From NCBI GenBank assembly GCA_951406725.2, contig OX597830.1, positions 33,480,001 to 33,544,000 on the forward strand: DNA of 64,000 nt, given 5' to 3'. Source of the stretch: Octopus vulgaris. Lineage: Eukaryota. This document shows, in pieces, positions 51,010 to 64,000 of the stretch. The first letter of the stretch is position 1; the number at the start of each line of letters is the position of its first letter. The notes under the pieces are model-generated. The model saw only the letters and a list, made by a program, of their open reading frames with translations. It made no database searches and was not told the DNA's origin. The position numbers were made by a program, and so were the translations under genes.

Positions 51010-51425
51010 TCATCGTCATCATCATCATCATCATCATTCTTTAATGTCTATTCTCCATGCTGGTATGGGTTGGACAGTTTGGCTAGAGCTAGCAAGCAGG
51101 TGACCTGCACCAGATTCCAATCTGATTTGCCTTGGTTTCTATGGCTGGGTGCCCTTCCTAATGCCAACCACATTATGGTGTGTACTGGGTGCCTTTAAAG
51201 TGGCACTGACATGAGCGCTCTTACATGATGCCAAGATGAGCGCTTTTTACATGGCACTGGCAGAGGACCCTTGCAGGCCAATCTTCTTCATCAGGAGGAG
51301 TGAGCCTAACATTCCTGCTATAGGGGATGGGTCTTCGTGATAACAGCAAGGCACCAGATATCTCTGTCCATTGCTATCTCCTCTGAAAGGTTCAGTGACT
51401 TGAGGTCATCCTTCATCCCGCATCT
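51010..51425 (-). mobile_element. Diverged RTE-LINE 3' end
   Basis: (CAT)n, CCATGCTGGTATGGGTTGGAC, GCCCTTCCTAATGCCAACC. Confidence 0.75.
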
Positions 51426-51899
51426 TCTTTATATATATATATATATATATAAACTGTTCAATGAGTTGAAGCATTGGTGTAACCGTGATGTTATTTTGTG
51501 GTGATCTGATGAATCAGCCTTCTTTATCAGCACTGCTTTATAAATATACACTTGTTTTATACAATCCATAGCATGCATATTAGTGTACACATGTAGAATA
51601 ATTTATAATACACTAAAATAATTATTACATGATGAAGAATGTGAAACAGCTGTAATCCTATGGATAACAAGTGGTTATATAGCTATATTCACCTTTCGTA
51701 CCTCCTAATTTTTATGGTCTATGTATTCCTCACCAAATGATTTCATTGATTGGATCTGCAGAATTTCAGCTGCGTAGAACTCTACATAACAATCCTCCAT
51801 ATTGGATTACTATGTGGTCTGCTAGCCAGGTCCACTAGAGGAGCTTTCTGTGATTGCCATAGGATTCTATGAATCCATAGATGTCTTGCAAACAACTTG

Positions 51900-52600
51900 C
51901 ACATGCAAGTGCTACCAGTTAAAAGCTCCGTATACCGGAAGCTAGCAAGTGTATGGGGCCATCAGGAGAGAATGCGTGCCGTTTCAGGGCCTACCTCTCG
52001 ACGGCATCAATGCGCACCGGCCCCCTCACTGATATGAGGCCCCGCTTGCTAGATCAGCTGGTTATGAAGAACTCAATATACTTCTAGCCATCACTCATCG
52101 TCTCTTTTTAACCAAATCCAGTGGCTAGCCTTCTCCACTGTAGATTGGATATCAGTCATGGTGGTATTGACTTTATGATGAGTTAAGCCTATCGATAACA
52201 ACAGTCGTCTCATGCTGTGTCCAATAAACCCTCTACATCTGACTTCGATAGGAAAACGTTCCGCTTTCCAGCCTGTGTCTTCACATTCCTCGAGGAGGTT
52301 TTCATAACGGTTCAATTTTCAAGCCCGAGTGGCGTCCATATTATCTTCATGAGGAACCGTTAGCTCGACTATATTTACAAGTTTCTTTCTTTCACACCAC
52401 ATCAAAATATCTGGTTTTTTCGAAACTGGGATGGGAAAGAAAACCTGGCACCCAGGTAAATCTGCAGTTACCTCCCAATAGCCGTTCCACTTTTCATTTT
52501 TCTCAGGAAGTTTCTTGATCTTCTTCTTGAAATGGATCCGCTGACCTGGTCGCACGAGGGTAATGAAATCTCTTGATGGTACTTTCAGCGATTTTTCCTC
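51900..52600 (-). mobile_element. HERO-like (R2 group) RLE retrotransposon 3' fragment
   Basis: KPDILMW..IVELTVPHEDN..KLNRYENL..C...GW...PIEVRCRGF..S..VEKASHWIWLKR with one in-frame stop; GC-richer 3' UTR. Confidence 0.8.
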
Positions 52601-52629
52601 AGTACAAATTTTTTATGTTTAGTCATCAT

Positions 52630-52965
52630 CATTATTTAGCATTATTCATTATTATCATTTAGCATCTGTTTTCCATGCTACTGGGGGGGGGGTCATATGG
52701 TTTGTCTGGAATGGGTAAACTGGTGACCTGTCCCATGCTCCAGCAGGATTTTGGTTTTGTTTCTTTGGCTGGATGGCTTTCCTAATGTCAAACACACCAA
52801 GAGTGTAGTGGGTGTCTTTTACGTGCTAGCATTATGAGTGCCTTTTACATGTCACAGTCACAGGTGCCTTTTATGTGCCACCATCACGAGTGCCTTTTAT
52901 GTATGGTGCCCAACACTGTCCATGACTGCGATTTCACTTAGACTGATGAGTTTTCTCAAGCACGT
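52630..52965 (-). mobile_element. Diverged RTE-LINE 3' end
   Basis: TTTCCATGCTA, GGATGGCTTTCCTAATG, GAGTGTAGTGGGTG and TTTTATGTGCCACC repeats. Confidence 0.65.
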
Positions 52966-53447
52966 GCAAAAGAAATGGAGAAATTATTAAAGTAAAAATA
53001 TCTGAAAGTAGTAATAACCAAATTGTGGAGAAAAAAAACATCATACACACACACATAAGCACAAAAAAACTTCCAGAAAAATCTGTATAAGAATAATGAT
53101 CTTGGAAATGATTAAAAAAATACAAGCACATATGTAACCAATGCCCGAGGACTTAGTGATATGTGCAACGTAAATAAAAAAAGGAAACAACATGACGAAG
53201 CCGCACATTTACCTGAGGTGCACAAAGCTGCATTTCTAGGCATGTGAAAGCATGAGTAAACAAAGAAAAAGAATAATTAATAAATGGAATGAAAATAATA
53301 AGTTTTAAAAGACAAAGGAAATGTAAAATGAATGCAAAAGCAAAAACAAAAAAATTAAAATTACGTTTTTCAAGAAAATTATTTTAAAAAAATCTCCCGA
53401 AATAAGAAAAATGAAGTAACAGCAGCAAAATAATGATGATGATGATG

Positions 53448-53499
<52 letters not shown>

Positions 53500-53600
53500 T
53501 AATAATAATATTAATAATAATGATAATAATAATATTAATAATGATAATAATAATAATATTAATAATAATAATAATAATAATATTAATAATGATAATAATA

Positions 53601-53890
53601 ATAGAGGTAACTAGAATGTGGAATCTGAAAACAGAAACAATTCCTATCATAGTAGGTGCATTAGGCATGAGAAAAAAATATTCAGACAAATACATAACAA
53701 AAACACCAGGACTTACAAACACATATAACATACAGAAAATTGCACTACTAGGCACTGCACACATCCTACGCAGAACACTTTCCATACAATAACCATCAGA
53801 GCATCACAACAAATCACAGCACATACCCAAGGCACACAGAGCTACGCTCGGTAGTGAAGTGAAAGCACGCTATAAAAATAAAACTACTGA
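53601..53890 (+). mobile_element. R4/Dong-like 3' terminal fragment inside (AAT)n
   Basis: IEVTRMWNLKTETIPIIVGALG..IQKIALLGTAHILRRTLS*, homologous to the 31243 C-terminus; (AAT)n on both sides. Confidence 0.9.
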
Positions 53891-53920
53891 ATAATAATAA
53901 TAATAATAATAATAATGATG

Positions 53921-53972
<52 letters not shown>

Positions 53973-54039
53973 CGATAATGATAAAAATGATGATGGTGGT
54001 GGTGGTGAGATGTTGATGTAGATGATAATAAAAGCAATA

Positions 54040-54255
54040 ACCCTTATACTATGGGCACAAAGCCTGAAATTTTGTTGGGGGGGACTAGTTGATTACATCA
54101 ACTCCAGTGCTTAACTGGTACTTATTTTATCAGGCCCGAAATGATGAAAAGGCAAAGTTGACATTTGGGGAATTTGAACTCAGAACGTAAGGACAGATGA
54201 AATGCCACTAAGCATTTTGTCCAGTGTACTAATAATTCTGGCAGCTCACTGCCTT
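54040..54255 (-). mobile_element. SINE family B
   Basis: TGAAAAGGCAAAGTTGAC..GAATTTGAACTCAGAACG..GCAGCTCACTGCCTT. Confidence 0.8.
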
Positions 54256-54292
54256 GATAATAATAATAGTAATAATAATAATGATGATAATG

Positions 54293-54640
54293 CCATGATG
54301 CAGTACCAGGCAGTGGCTCTCATGGCTTCTGATCTTAACTGATTGGAAGTGTTATCATGTACATTGTTTTGTCTTGGTATAAAAGATGGGCTACAGCAAA
54401 TATTCTGCTCAATACCACAGATTTGCTTGTCAGTTGTTTGACCTTAACGAGTTGAGCATGTCCCTTAGTAGCTGACGATATGTGCATCTCTGATCATGAG
54501 CAGAAGTAGTGGGGGAGCATCAAAGCCATGTGTTGAGAGGGATTCTTTGGGGTTTGGATAATTCCCCTTTGGAAACATGGGTGTTTCGTTCATCATCCTT
54601 AAACAAGCCTTATTCAGGGACCTTTTGAACATGATGGGTT
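54293..54640 (+). mobile_element. (AAT)n-associated element family D
   Basis: Closely matches 36107-36410 and follows an (AAT)n tract. Confidence 0.8.
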
Positions 54641-54687
54641 ATAACAGAGGGACAGAAATAGGTGCCTTCATACACATGGCCATGTAT

Positions 54688-54879
54688 AAGGAGGTGAAAA
54701 GGTGAAAAGTTCCTGGCTTTAAGGGTAGTGCAAAAGGCCTGATTAGAGGCCATCAGAGTTCTTTTTATAGGGTTTAGAAAAACTGAAGGACTTTTGCAAT
54801 AAGTGCGTGAATCTGAGAAGGATATATGTTGAATAAAATCATAATTAACTGATCCTTGTGTGTTTTCTTTTACCGCACA

Positions 54880-54882
<3 letters not shown>
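54688..54882 (+). mobile_element. Mariner-derived MITE, third copy
   Basis: TGAAAAGTTCCTGGCTTT TIR; encodes EFFL*GLEKLKDFCNKCVNLRRIYVE*. Confidence 0.8.
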
Positions 54883-54931
<49 letters not shown>

Positions 54932-55011
54932 ATGTATAGATACACATATATATAGTGTAAAAATGGCTTAGGTGGCTGAAACTTCGAAGTCATTGTCAAT
55001 AATATTCGTGT

Positions 55012-55230
55012 TTAGGATGGCGACCTGAGAGAAACATTAGCATGCCGGGCGAAATGCTTCACAATATTTTGTCTGTCTTTACGTTCTGAGTTCAAATTCC
55101 ACCGACGTCGACTTTGCCTTTCATTCTTTTGAGGTTGATAAATTAAGCACCAGTTGCTTACTGGGGTTGATCTAATTGACAGGCCCCCTCCCTCAAAATT
55201 TCGGCCCTTGTGCCTAGAGTAGAAAAGAAT
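55012..55230 (+). mobile_element. SINE family B, near full length
   Basis: GAGTTCAAATTCC, GTCGACTTTGCCTTTCAT, GATAAATTAAGCACCAG, GTGCCTAGAGTAGAAAAGAAT. Confidence 0.85.
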
Positions 55231-55319
55231 GATATTCTTGTTTAAGTATAATTCATTTTTATGCAACAGAAGTATAGATTAACTCTTTAGAATAAAGCAA
55301 AATTTTCTTTATTATAACT

Positions 55320-55337
55320 GAGCATAATAACAAACAC

Positions 55338-55394
<57 letters not shown>

Positions 55395-55412
55395 AATCTA
55401 TCTATCTATCTA

Positions 55413-55463
<51 letters not shown>

Positions 55464-55546
55464 CTCCTTCTATCTCTGTCTATCTATCTATCTCTATCTC
55501 TCTATGTATGAATGTATGTATGTATGTGCATATATATATATATATG

Positions 55547-55595
<49 letters not shown>

Positions 55596-55608
55596 GTATG
55601 TATGTATG

Positions 55609-55647
<39 letters not shown>

Positions 55648-56041
55648 GGGTCATACGCACACATTCATTGATGTACACATTCTACACTATTTGCGGTTAA
55701 GTAAACATTATATAAATAATCTCCTCATTCTCTTTATTATTCACTCTCCTCTACATTGATCACTCTTTCTTGATCTCACTGACACCCTCTGTTACTCTCA
55801 TTCTTTTTCTTATCACTCTCTGTCACCCATCCATTCTCTCCCTCTCTCTCTTTCTCTCTCATTATCTTTCCCTTTCTCCCTCTTTCCTCCAAATTGTTTC
55901 TGCTTGGTCTGCTGTTTTAACGTAATATCTATTCATGTTTGCAAACATGTGAGTACACTTACCATACACACACACACAGATACACACACACATCAGACAC
56001 ATGCATTACCATTCATTAATATATATATATATATATAATAT

Positions 56042-56074
<33 letters not shown>

Positions 56075-56075
56075 C

Positions 56076-56119
<44 letters not shown>

Positions 56120-56269
56120 GTATGTATGCATACACACAACGGATATAGTTTCATAGATATATATAGATACATACTTATATATAGACACACACACACAAAC
56201 ATATACACACACATGTAATTGTATAAGTATGTATAGGGAAAGACATAGATGAGTATGTATGTAATTATG

Positions 56270-56329
<60 letters not shown>

Positions 56330-57142
56330 TATACATGATATATGTATAAATATATATGCATATGCATGTGTGTGTGTGTGTACATATATATTTATATACA
56401 TATATATATATGTATATATATATATACATGTATATGTTTATATATACATACATATATACAAGCATGTCTATAAAGTTTATATGTGTGTATGGGAAGGTGT
56501 GGGTCTGGCTAATATGTAATTGTGTGTGTCCTATGTTAATGGTGAAAATATTTGATTTTCACTGATAAACCATTATTTCCACTTTAATGGAATCGGTAAA
56601 CAGTGTAGCAGAGCAATTAGACAAGTGGCCAAGTTTTTGCCTGAGAGGCGCAGAAAAACTTAGCCTCAGGCCTCAGACTGAAGCGTGTGCGAGAAGGCAT
56701 GCTCGCTGGTGGCGTTGATGGTGACGACGACAACAATGACGATGATGGTGATGATGATGATGATGATGATTATGACTGTGATAATGATGATAATGAAGGG
56801 GCTGTCATGGAGGTAGTATATGGTGTATGTATGTGTGTGTGTGTGTGCATGTGTGTGTGTATGTGTATGTGATTAATGCATAGAAATTGTGCATGTGTTC
56901 TATTAGTGTTCATTGATGTGTTGTAAGTAAAAGGTTATTGGTCTGGATGTGTTTGATATTGTCTTTATGCACACACATGCATGCATGCACACACATGCAC
57001 ACATATGCATAGATAGTTACACAGATATAAATATGCATCTTTACAAAAACATCCCCTCTCTCTTCAAGGTGTTTTCAATACTATGTTTCTCTTTATATGT
57101 ATGTATATGAGCATGTTTCTGTCTGTGTAGCTATCTATCTTT

Positions 57143-57183
<41 letters not shown>

Positions 57184-57249
57184 ACTCTATCTATCTACCT
57201 ACCTATTTTTCATCTATTTATCTTCCTATCTTTTAATCTATCTATCTTT

Positions 57250-57328
<79 letters not shown>

Positions 57329-58067
57329 GCTAGCTAGCTAGCTAGCTATCTATCTTTCTATCTATCTATCTATCTATCTATCTATTTATCTATCTATCAG
57401 TCTGTATGTATCTCCATCTCTCTATCTATCTACCTACCTACCTATTTTTCATCTATCTATCTATCTTTTTATCTATCTATCTATCTACCTATCTTTCTAT
57501 CTATCTATCTATCGATCTATCTACCCATCTTTTTTATCGATCTATCTATCTATCTATCTATCTCTCTATCTATCTATTTATCGATGTCTATGCATGTATG
57601 TATGTATCTATCTCTCTTATTCTCTTTCTCTCTATATATATATATTTGTGTGTGTCTGTGTATTTATATATATATGTATATGTATGTACATGCACATATG
57701 TGTGTTCAATATATATACACATACACACAAACAGATGCACACATATTCATTTACATATGTGTGTGTAGCTGAAGACAATCTTCAGAGAATATCATATTAA
57801 ATAGGTAGATTTTGTGGATGAACACGTATAATAATTTATAATATATGTATTTATTAATTTGTGTATGCAAGTGTGTGTATGTCTGTGTGTGCATAGGAGT
57901 ATACATGAATGTATCTGAATGTATGTTTGTCATTTTTTTTAGTGCATGCATACATAATTGTGTCTGTTACTATATGTATGTATCTATGCAGCTTTATGTA
58001 TATATGTATGGGCATTTATGCATATTGGTATGCACAACACACATATAATATATACTATGCATAACCT

Positions 58068-58105
<38 letters not shown>

Positions 58106-58112
58106 CACATAC

Positions 58113-58157
<45 letters not shown>

Positions 58158-58259
58158 TATACATATATATATACATACATATATATATGCATATATATAC
58201 ATATATATATACATATTTATACATATATATATATACATATATATATACATATATATTTA

Positions 58260-58299
<40 letters not shown>

Positions 58300-58318
58300 A
58301 ATACATGTATACATACAA

Positions 58319-58359
<41 letters not shown>

Positions 58360-58400
58360 CACATATATGTTTGTATATGTAAGTGCATGTGAATATGTAT
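55320..58400. repeat. Run of (TATC)n, (TA)n, (TG)n and (GAT)n microsatellites with short unique spacers
   Basis: Directly visible. Confidence 0.9.
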
Positions 58401-58815
58401 ATAAACTGCAACAGTGAGCTATGATGCGTTATCAGACCAGGTAAGCAATGAGGTTGGAGAGGCGGGTGGGGTGCAGTCGGAGTGGAGAAGAGGTTGGCGT
58501 GGGTGGAGTGATGCTACGCATACATCATCCACTGAAGCTGTGTGTCTCTATTGAGATTAGGTGACTAATTACTTATTAGGGAAATATTTCAGGCTCCATG
58601 ATGTTGAGTTGAGTGTTATCGGTGTGGTCTAACAGAAACGCTAACGCATATATACATGCATAATCACACAAACACACACATGAAGTACATACACAAGTAT
58701 ACACATAGATAAACAGATGCATGAGTATATAAATGTTAACCAATATACATGCACGGCTGTGCTTATGCATACACAATCACATGTGTAGACAAACTCATGT
58801 ATAAACAGCTATATG

Positions 58816-58849
<34 letters not shown>

Positions 58850-58897
58850 TATATATATATATATATGTATATTTATATATATATATATATATATATA

Positions 58898-59321
58898 CTC
58901 TTTTACTCTTTTACTTGTTTCAGTCATTTGACTGCGACCATGCTGGAGCACCGCCTTTAGTCGAGCAAATCGACCCCCGGGACTTATTCTTTTTGTAAGC
59001 CCAGTACTTATTCTATCGGTCTCTTTTTGCCGAAGCGCTAAGTTACGGTGATGTAAACACACCAGCATTGGTTGTCAAGCAATGCTAGGGGGACAAACAC
59101 AGACACACAAACACACACACACACATACACACATATATATATATATATATGCATATATACGACAGTCTTCTTTCAGTTTCCGTCTACCAAATCCACTCAC
59201 AAGGCATTGGTCGGCCCGGGGCTATAGCACAAGACACTTGCCCAAGATGCCACACAGTGGGACTGAACCCGAAACCATGTGGTTTGTTAGCAAGCTAATA
59301 TATATATATATATATATATAC

Positions 59322-59353
<32 letters not shown>

Positions 59354-59532
59354 GTATGTATATATATATATGTATATTCCAGTATACACACATATACATA
59401 TATATAGATAAATACATGCACAAATATATACTAGCCTACATATATATGCATAAATAAACTCATATACAAATATAAATACTTCCACCAGCAGCCATGCAGC
59501 CATTGCACTTATATACATACACACACACCCAT

Positions 59533-59571
<39 letters not shown>

Positions 59572-59812
59572 TAAATGTAGAATGATATATATATATTCTT
59601 TTATTCTTTTACTCGCTTCAGTAATTTGATTGTGGCCATGCTGGAGCAATGCCTTTAGTCAAAAAAATCAACTCCAGACCGTATTCTTTGTAAGCCTGGT
59701 ACTTATTCTATCGGTCACTTTTGCTGAACCATCAAATTACAGGGACGTAAGCACATCAACATCGGTTGTCAAGTGATGATGGGGAGACAAACACAGACCC
59801 ACATTTGAACAT

Positions 59813-59843
<31 letters not shown>

Positions 59844-59945
59844 TACATACGACGGGCTTCTTTCAGTTTCCACATACCAAATCCACTCATAAGGCCTTGG
59901 TTAGCCTAAGGTTATAGTAGAAGACACTTGCTCAAAGTGCCACAA
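58898..59945 (-). mobile_element. Two SINE family A copies (58898-59297 and 59596-59945)
   Basis: Reverse complement of family A; both lack the extreme 5' head. Confidence 0.9.
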
Positions 59946-60081
59946 TTATCTATCTATCTATCTGTCTGTCTGTCTATCTATAGATACGTGTATATATATA
60001 TGTATATATATATATAGTAGATATATATATGTACTTCTATGTATATATGCATATGTGTGTATAAATATATGTATATATGTG

Positions 60082-60136
<55 letters not shown>

Positions 60137-60508
60137 CTCAACATACACAAGTTTATACATACATGAACTTGTATGACTAAATATTGACCAACATGTATTT
60201 ACTCATACACCTAACCATACACACACATAGTCACATGCACATAGAGACAAACATATATTGGCACTCATGTAAGGGAAATTTTTAGGTGGTAGCTTGACCT
60301 GCTGTAAAGAGCAGCTAAATCTCTCTCGAATCACATTTCACTGACTTCGAAATGGAAGGAGCCACCACTTTTAACGTGGTGATATGTAACTGAAGAGACA
60401 AGATGGTCATGGCTGGAAGGACTTTGATCTTCAACAAGTATCAGTGTTAACATCTTGCTAAACAAATTCACACAGGTACACTGACATAGACATAAATGCA
60501 GACATATG

Positions 60509-60551
<43 letters not shown>

Positions 60552-61264
60552 ACACACATACACATGCACATTAATACATGTGAACACATACAAACAACTG
60601 CACACCCGTCCTCTTAGAAATAACAGCCAAATCTCTTCAAATCTCAGGCTACTGTTTTTGAAAATGACTAACTAGAAAGGGTTATTATGTCGCTCCGGGT
60701 TACTTTGTTGCATCAAAGAAATGAAGGGATGGCCACATTTGGACTACCTTTTGATAACAAGTCTACTCAGTCAGTACTGACCAGGGGCTAAACAACAAGA
60801 ACAAAACACATATGCATATGATCATACACACATTCACACACCAATATACATACATATCCACGTACATACCTGACGACCTACACATATATACACACACACA
60901 CATACATACATACATACATACATACATACATACATACATACATACATACATACATAGGTACATACATACATACACATACATACATACATACATACATACA
61001 TGCATGCATACATACATACATACATACATACACACATACACACATACATACATACATACATACATGCATACGGACAGACAAACATACATACCTACATATA
61101 CGTAGAGAGGAACACATGCAAACGCATAGAAGCATATATGCCTACTGTCACAAGACCCTTACATATACATACGCATGACATTCCTATGTGCTGTGATTAA
61201 AAGTCCGCAAATGTATTTGCAACAAATATGCACATTAGCAAGTCAAGTTGCTGCAACAGATGTG

Positions 61265-62300
61265 AGTGGTGGTGGTGGTGGTGGTAGTGGTGGTGGTGGT
61301 GGTGGTGGTGGTGGTTGTGGTTGTCGTAGTAGTTTTGAAAGTGGCGGTAATACAGGAATTGGTTAAGAGTGGTGGTAGTGGTGGTGGGTGTTGTCGTCGG
61401 TCGTGGTGTTGGTCGAGGAGGATGAGGTGGTGGTGGTGGTGGTATTGGTGGGGTTGGTAGGTTTAGTGGCAGATGAGGTGGTAGCAGCTCTGGCGGTGGT
61501 GGTAGAAGGGGTTGCTTTTATAGTCATGGGTATGGTGGCTGTAGGGGTGGCAGTGGTGAAGGTAGTGGTGTGGTAGCAGTGATGGTGGTGGTGGTAGCGA
61601 TGGCGACAGTGGTGGTGGTGACAGTAGTAGTGATGCTGGTGGTGATGGTGATGAAGATGGTGGTAGTGATAGTGGTGATAGTGGTGGTGGTGGTGGCGGT
61701 GGTGGTGGTGGTGGTACTGTTGGAGGTACTGTTGGCAGTAGTAGTGGTAGTAGTAGTAGTGGTAGTGGTGATGCTGGCAGTGATGGTGGTAGTGGTGGTG
61801 GTCGTAGTGGTGGTGGTGGCGGTGGTACTGTTAGTGGTACTGTTGTGGGTGGTAGTGGTGGTGGTGGTGGTGGTGGTGATGCTGGCTGTGATGGTGGTAG
61901 TGGTTGTGGTCGTAATGGTAGTGGTGGAAGTGGTGGTACTGTTGGTGGTGGTAATGGTAGTGATGGTGGTGGTGGTCGTCATAGTGGTAGTGGTGGTGGT
62001 GAGGGTGGCAGTGATAGTAGTGGTGGTGGTGGGAGGGGTGAGTGGGTGTACTGTTGTTGGTAGTGATTGTGGTAGTGGTGATGATGGTAGTGGGGTTGAG
62101 TGGAGGTACTGTTGCTGTTGGTGCTGATGGTGATGGTGGTGGTGGTGGTGGTGGTGGTGATGGTGACAGTATTGTCATTGTTGTTGTTGTTGTCCTTGTT
62201 ATTGTTGTTGTTGTTAGTGCTGGTGGTGGTGGTGGTGGTGGTGGAGTGTTTAGTGGTAGTGTCAGCGAAGGGTGGTAGCATTAGTATCTCATGGTGATAA
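61265..62300. repeat. (GGT)/(AGT)-rich trinucleotide array
   Basis: Visible; recurrent GGTACTGTT variant; source of the poly-V/T/G ORFs. Confidence 0.95.
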
Positions 62301-62616
62301 CCGTAGTATCTGTGATATCAGTATTATCAGTATAGGTATTAGTAATGGTAATGATGTCACCCGTAGCAGAGATGGTGCAGGTACAATGGAAGCTAAATTA
62401 AAGGTATGAAATCTCCCCTCAACCCCCAACCCCAACACCAATCACCCAGGCCAATACCAAAACATTTCGTCTATGTCTTCATGCATGTATGTATATGCAC
62501 CTGTGTGTATATATGCATATACGTACACCTGTGTATGTGTGTGCGCATACCTGATTGGAATTAAGTCATATAATGGTCAATAGTGTGATTCAACCATGCA
62601 TGGAACTTGTAGCCGG

Positions 62617-62846
62617 AGTTAAATTACTCAATGTCTCCCACTCTTTCACTCTCTCTGCTTCTGTCTCTCTCTTATACACACTCTCTCTCTCTCTCTCTCT
62701 CTCTCTCATTCTTACTCTCTCCATTACTCTTCTTCTCACATGCTCTCTTATACATTTATCTACCTAATTGTATAACCTTTTATTATAAGAAGTTAAATTA
62801 CACAATGTCTCCCTCCCTTTCACTCTCTCTGCTTCCGTCTCTCTCT

Positions 62847-62882
<36 letters not shown>

Positions 62883-63012
62883 CATCTCTCTCTGTTACAT
62901 ACACATACACACTCTCTCTCTCTTTCTTACTCTCTCCATCACCCTTCTTCTCACATGCTCTCTTATGCATTTACTTACCAAATTGTATTACCTATTATTA
63001 TAAGAAGTTAAA
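62617..63012. repeat. Tandem duplication of a ~175-220-bp CT-rich unit
   Basis: AGTTAAATTAC.CAATGTCTCCC at 62617 and 62791; shared TTCTCACATGCTCTCTTAT and ATTATAAGAAGTTAAA. Confidence 0.9.
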
Positions 63013-63014
63013 AG

Positions 63015-63695
63015 ACAGGAAGATGGCAGAATTATTAGCCTACCGGACAAAATGCTAAGCAGCCTTTCATCTGTCTTCACATCATGAGTTCAAATTTGAT
63101 CAAGGTCGACTTCACCTTTTGTTCTTTTGGGGAGTTTAGGAAATAAGTAAGTACCACTCGAAACTCTTAGGTAGTGGGGTTCAATGTAATTGACGTAGCC
63201 CCACCCTTCCACAAAATTTCAAGCTTCATGCATATAGAAGAAAGATTAGAAGTTAATAAGGGCCAGAGCTGGCCTAATGATTAGAGCATCCGAAACAATT
63301 CTTTGTGGCATTTCTTTCAGTCCTTTACATTCTGAGTTCAAATCCTGCCAAAGTCAACGTCTCCCCTAAGGTTTACAGAAATAAAGTTCCAGCCAAGTAC
63401 TTCCCTCAAGCTCCTCCCTTCAAATTTTCTGTTTTTGTACACAAATCAGAAACCTTTATTAGAAGTTAAGACAGTTACTTTGCAATGACATGGTTCTGAG
63501 TTCAAATCACTGCAATGTTTTAAGTAATGGTTTGTGAATTTCTTTTCAGTTTACATCAGCCAAATTTTCTCACAAAGTTTTGTTCATTCTGGAGCTATAG
63601 TAGAAGAGACTTGACCAAGGTTCCATGCAATGGAAGTGAACCTAGGACTCCAAGGTTGTGAAGTAAATTTCTTAACCCAACAGCTACGCCTGCAA
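63015..63695. mobile_element. Degraded SINE cluster (two family B on +, one family A on -)
   Basis: GAGTTCAAAT..GTCGAC/GTCAAC motifs; GCTATAGTAGAAGAGACTTGACCAAGG. Confidence 0.6.
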
Positions 63696-64000
63696 CCACG
63701 AATATCTCTGAGATTTGGAGAGACAAATAGACAGAGAGACAGACAGTCAGACAAACAAACAAACAAACAGATAGAAATAATGATAGACAGACAGACAGAT
63801 AGGTAGACAGGTAAGTAGGTAGGTAGGTAGGTAGGTAGGTAGGTAGATAGATATGTTTCTTTATTAGCGACACAGGGCTGCACACAGACGGGATAGATCA
63901 CAAAGTAGAGCTTTTCTTTTTTGGGGAAAGAAAAAAAAAGGATCGTAAAAGGGGAAGAAGAAAAAAAGAAGACAGAGAGACACGTAAGTAGATAGATAGA

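Overview
This is AT-rich, microsatellite-saturated animal genomic DNA, intronic or intergenic. The SINE and LINE families resemble those I recall from Octopus (coleoid cephalopod); that assignment is an inference. No host protein-coding gene can be supported, and nearly all ORFs in the track are artefacts of (TA)n, (CA)n, (GATA)n, (CAT)n, (GGT)n, (AAT)n and (CTT)n repeats. Real coding remnants are all transposon-derived: one 5'-truncated RTE-clade LINE (47.9-49.5 kb, YADD motif deleted), three coding R4/Dong-like fragments plus one 3'-end-only copy sitting in (AAT)n tracts, one HERO-like fragment, and mariner-derived MITEs. There are about 25 tRNA-derived SINE copies of three or four families and about 10 short RTE 3'-tail copies. 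The most striking unannotated signal is a dense set of short AT-rich elements, several embedded in (TA)n, carrying type-I minimal hammerhead-ribozyme-like motifs (CUGANGA-stem II-GAAA-palindromic stem III-NUH). About 10 full or degenerate motifs and 2 half motifs occur in 64 kb. They include a tandem pair 492 nt apart in ~295-bp direct repeats (retrozyme or Penelope pseudo-LTR architecture) and fold-back palindromes that retain only the ribozyme 3' half. All structures were read by eye; none has been folded, aligned or searched computationally.
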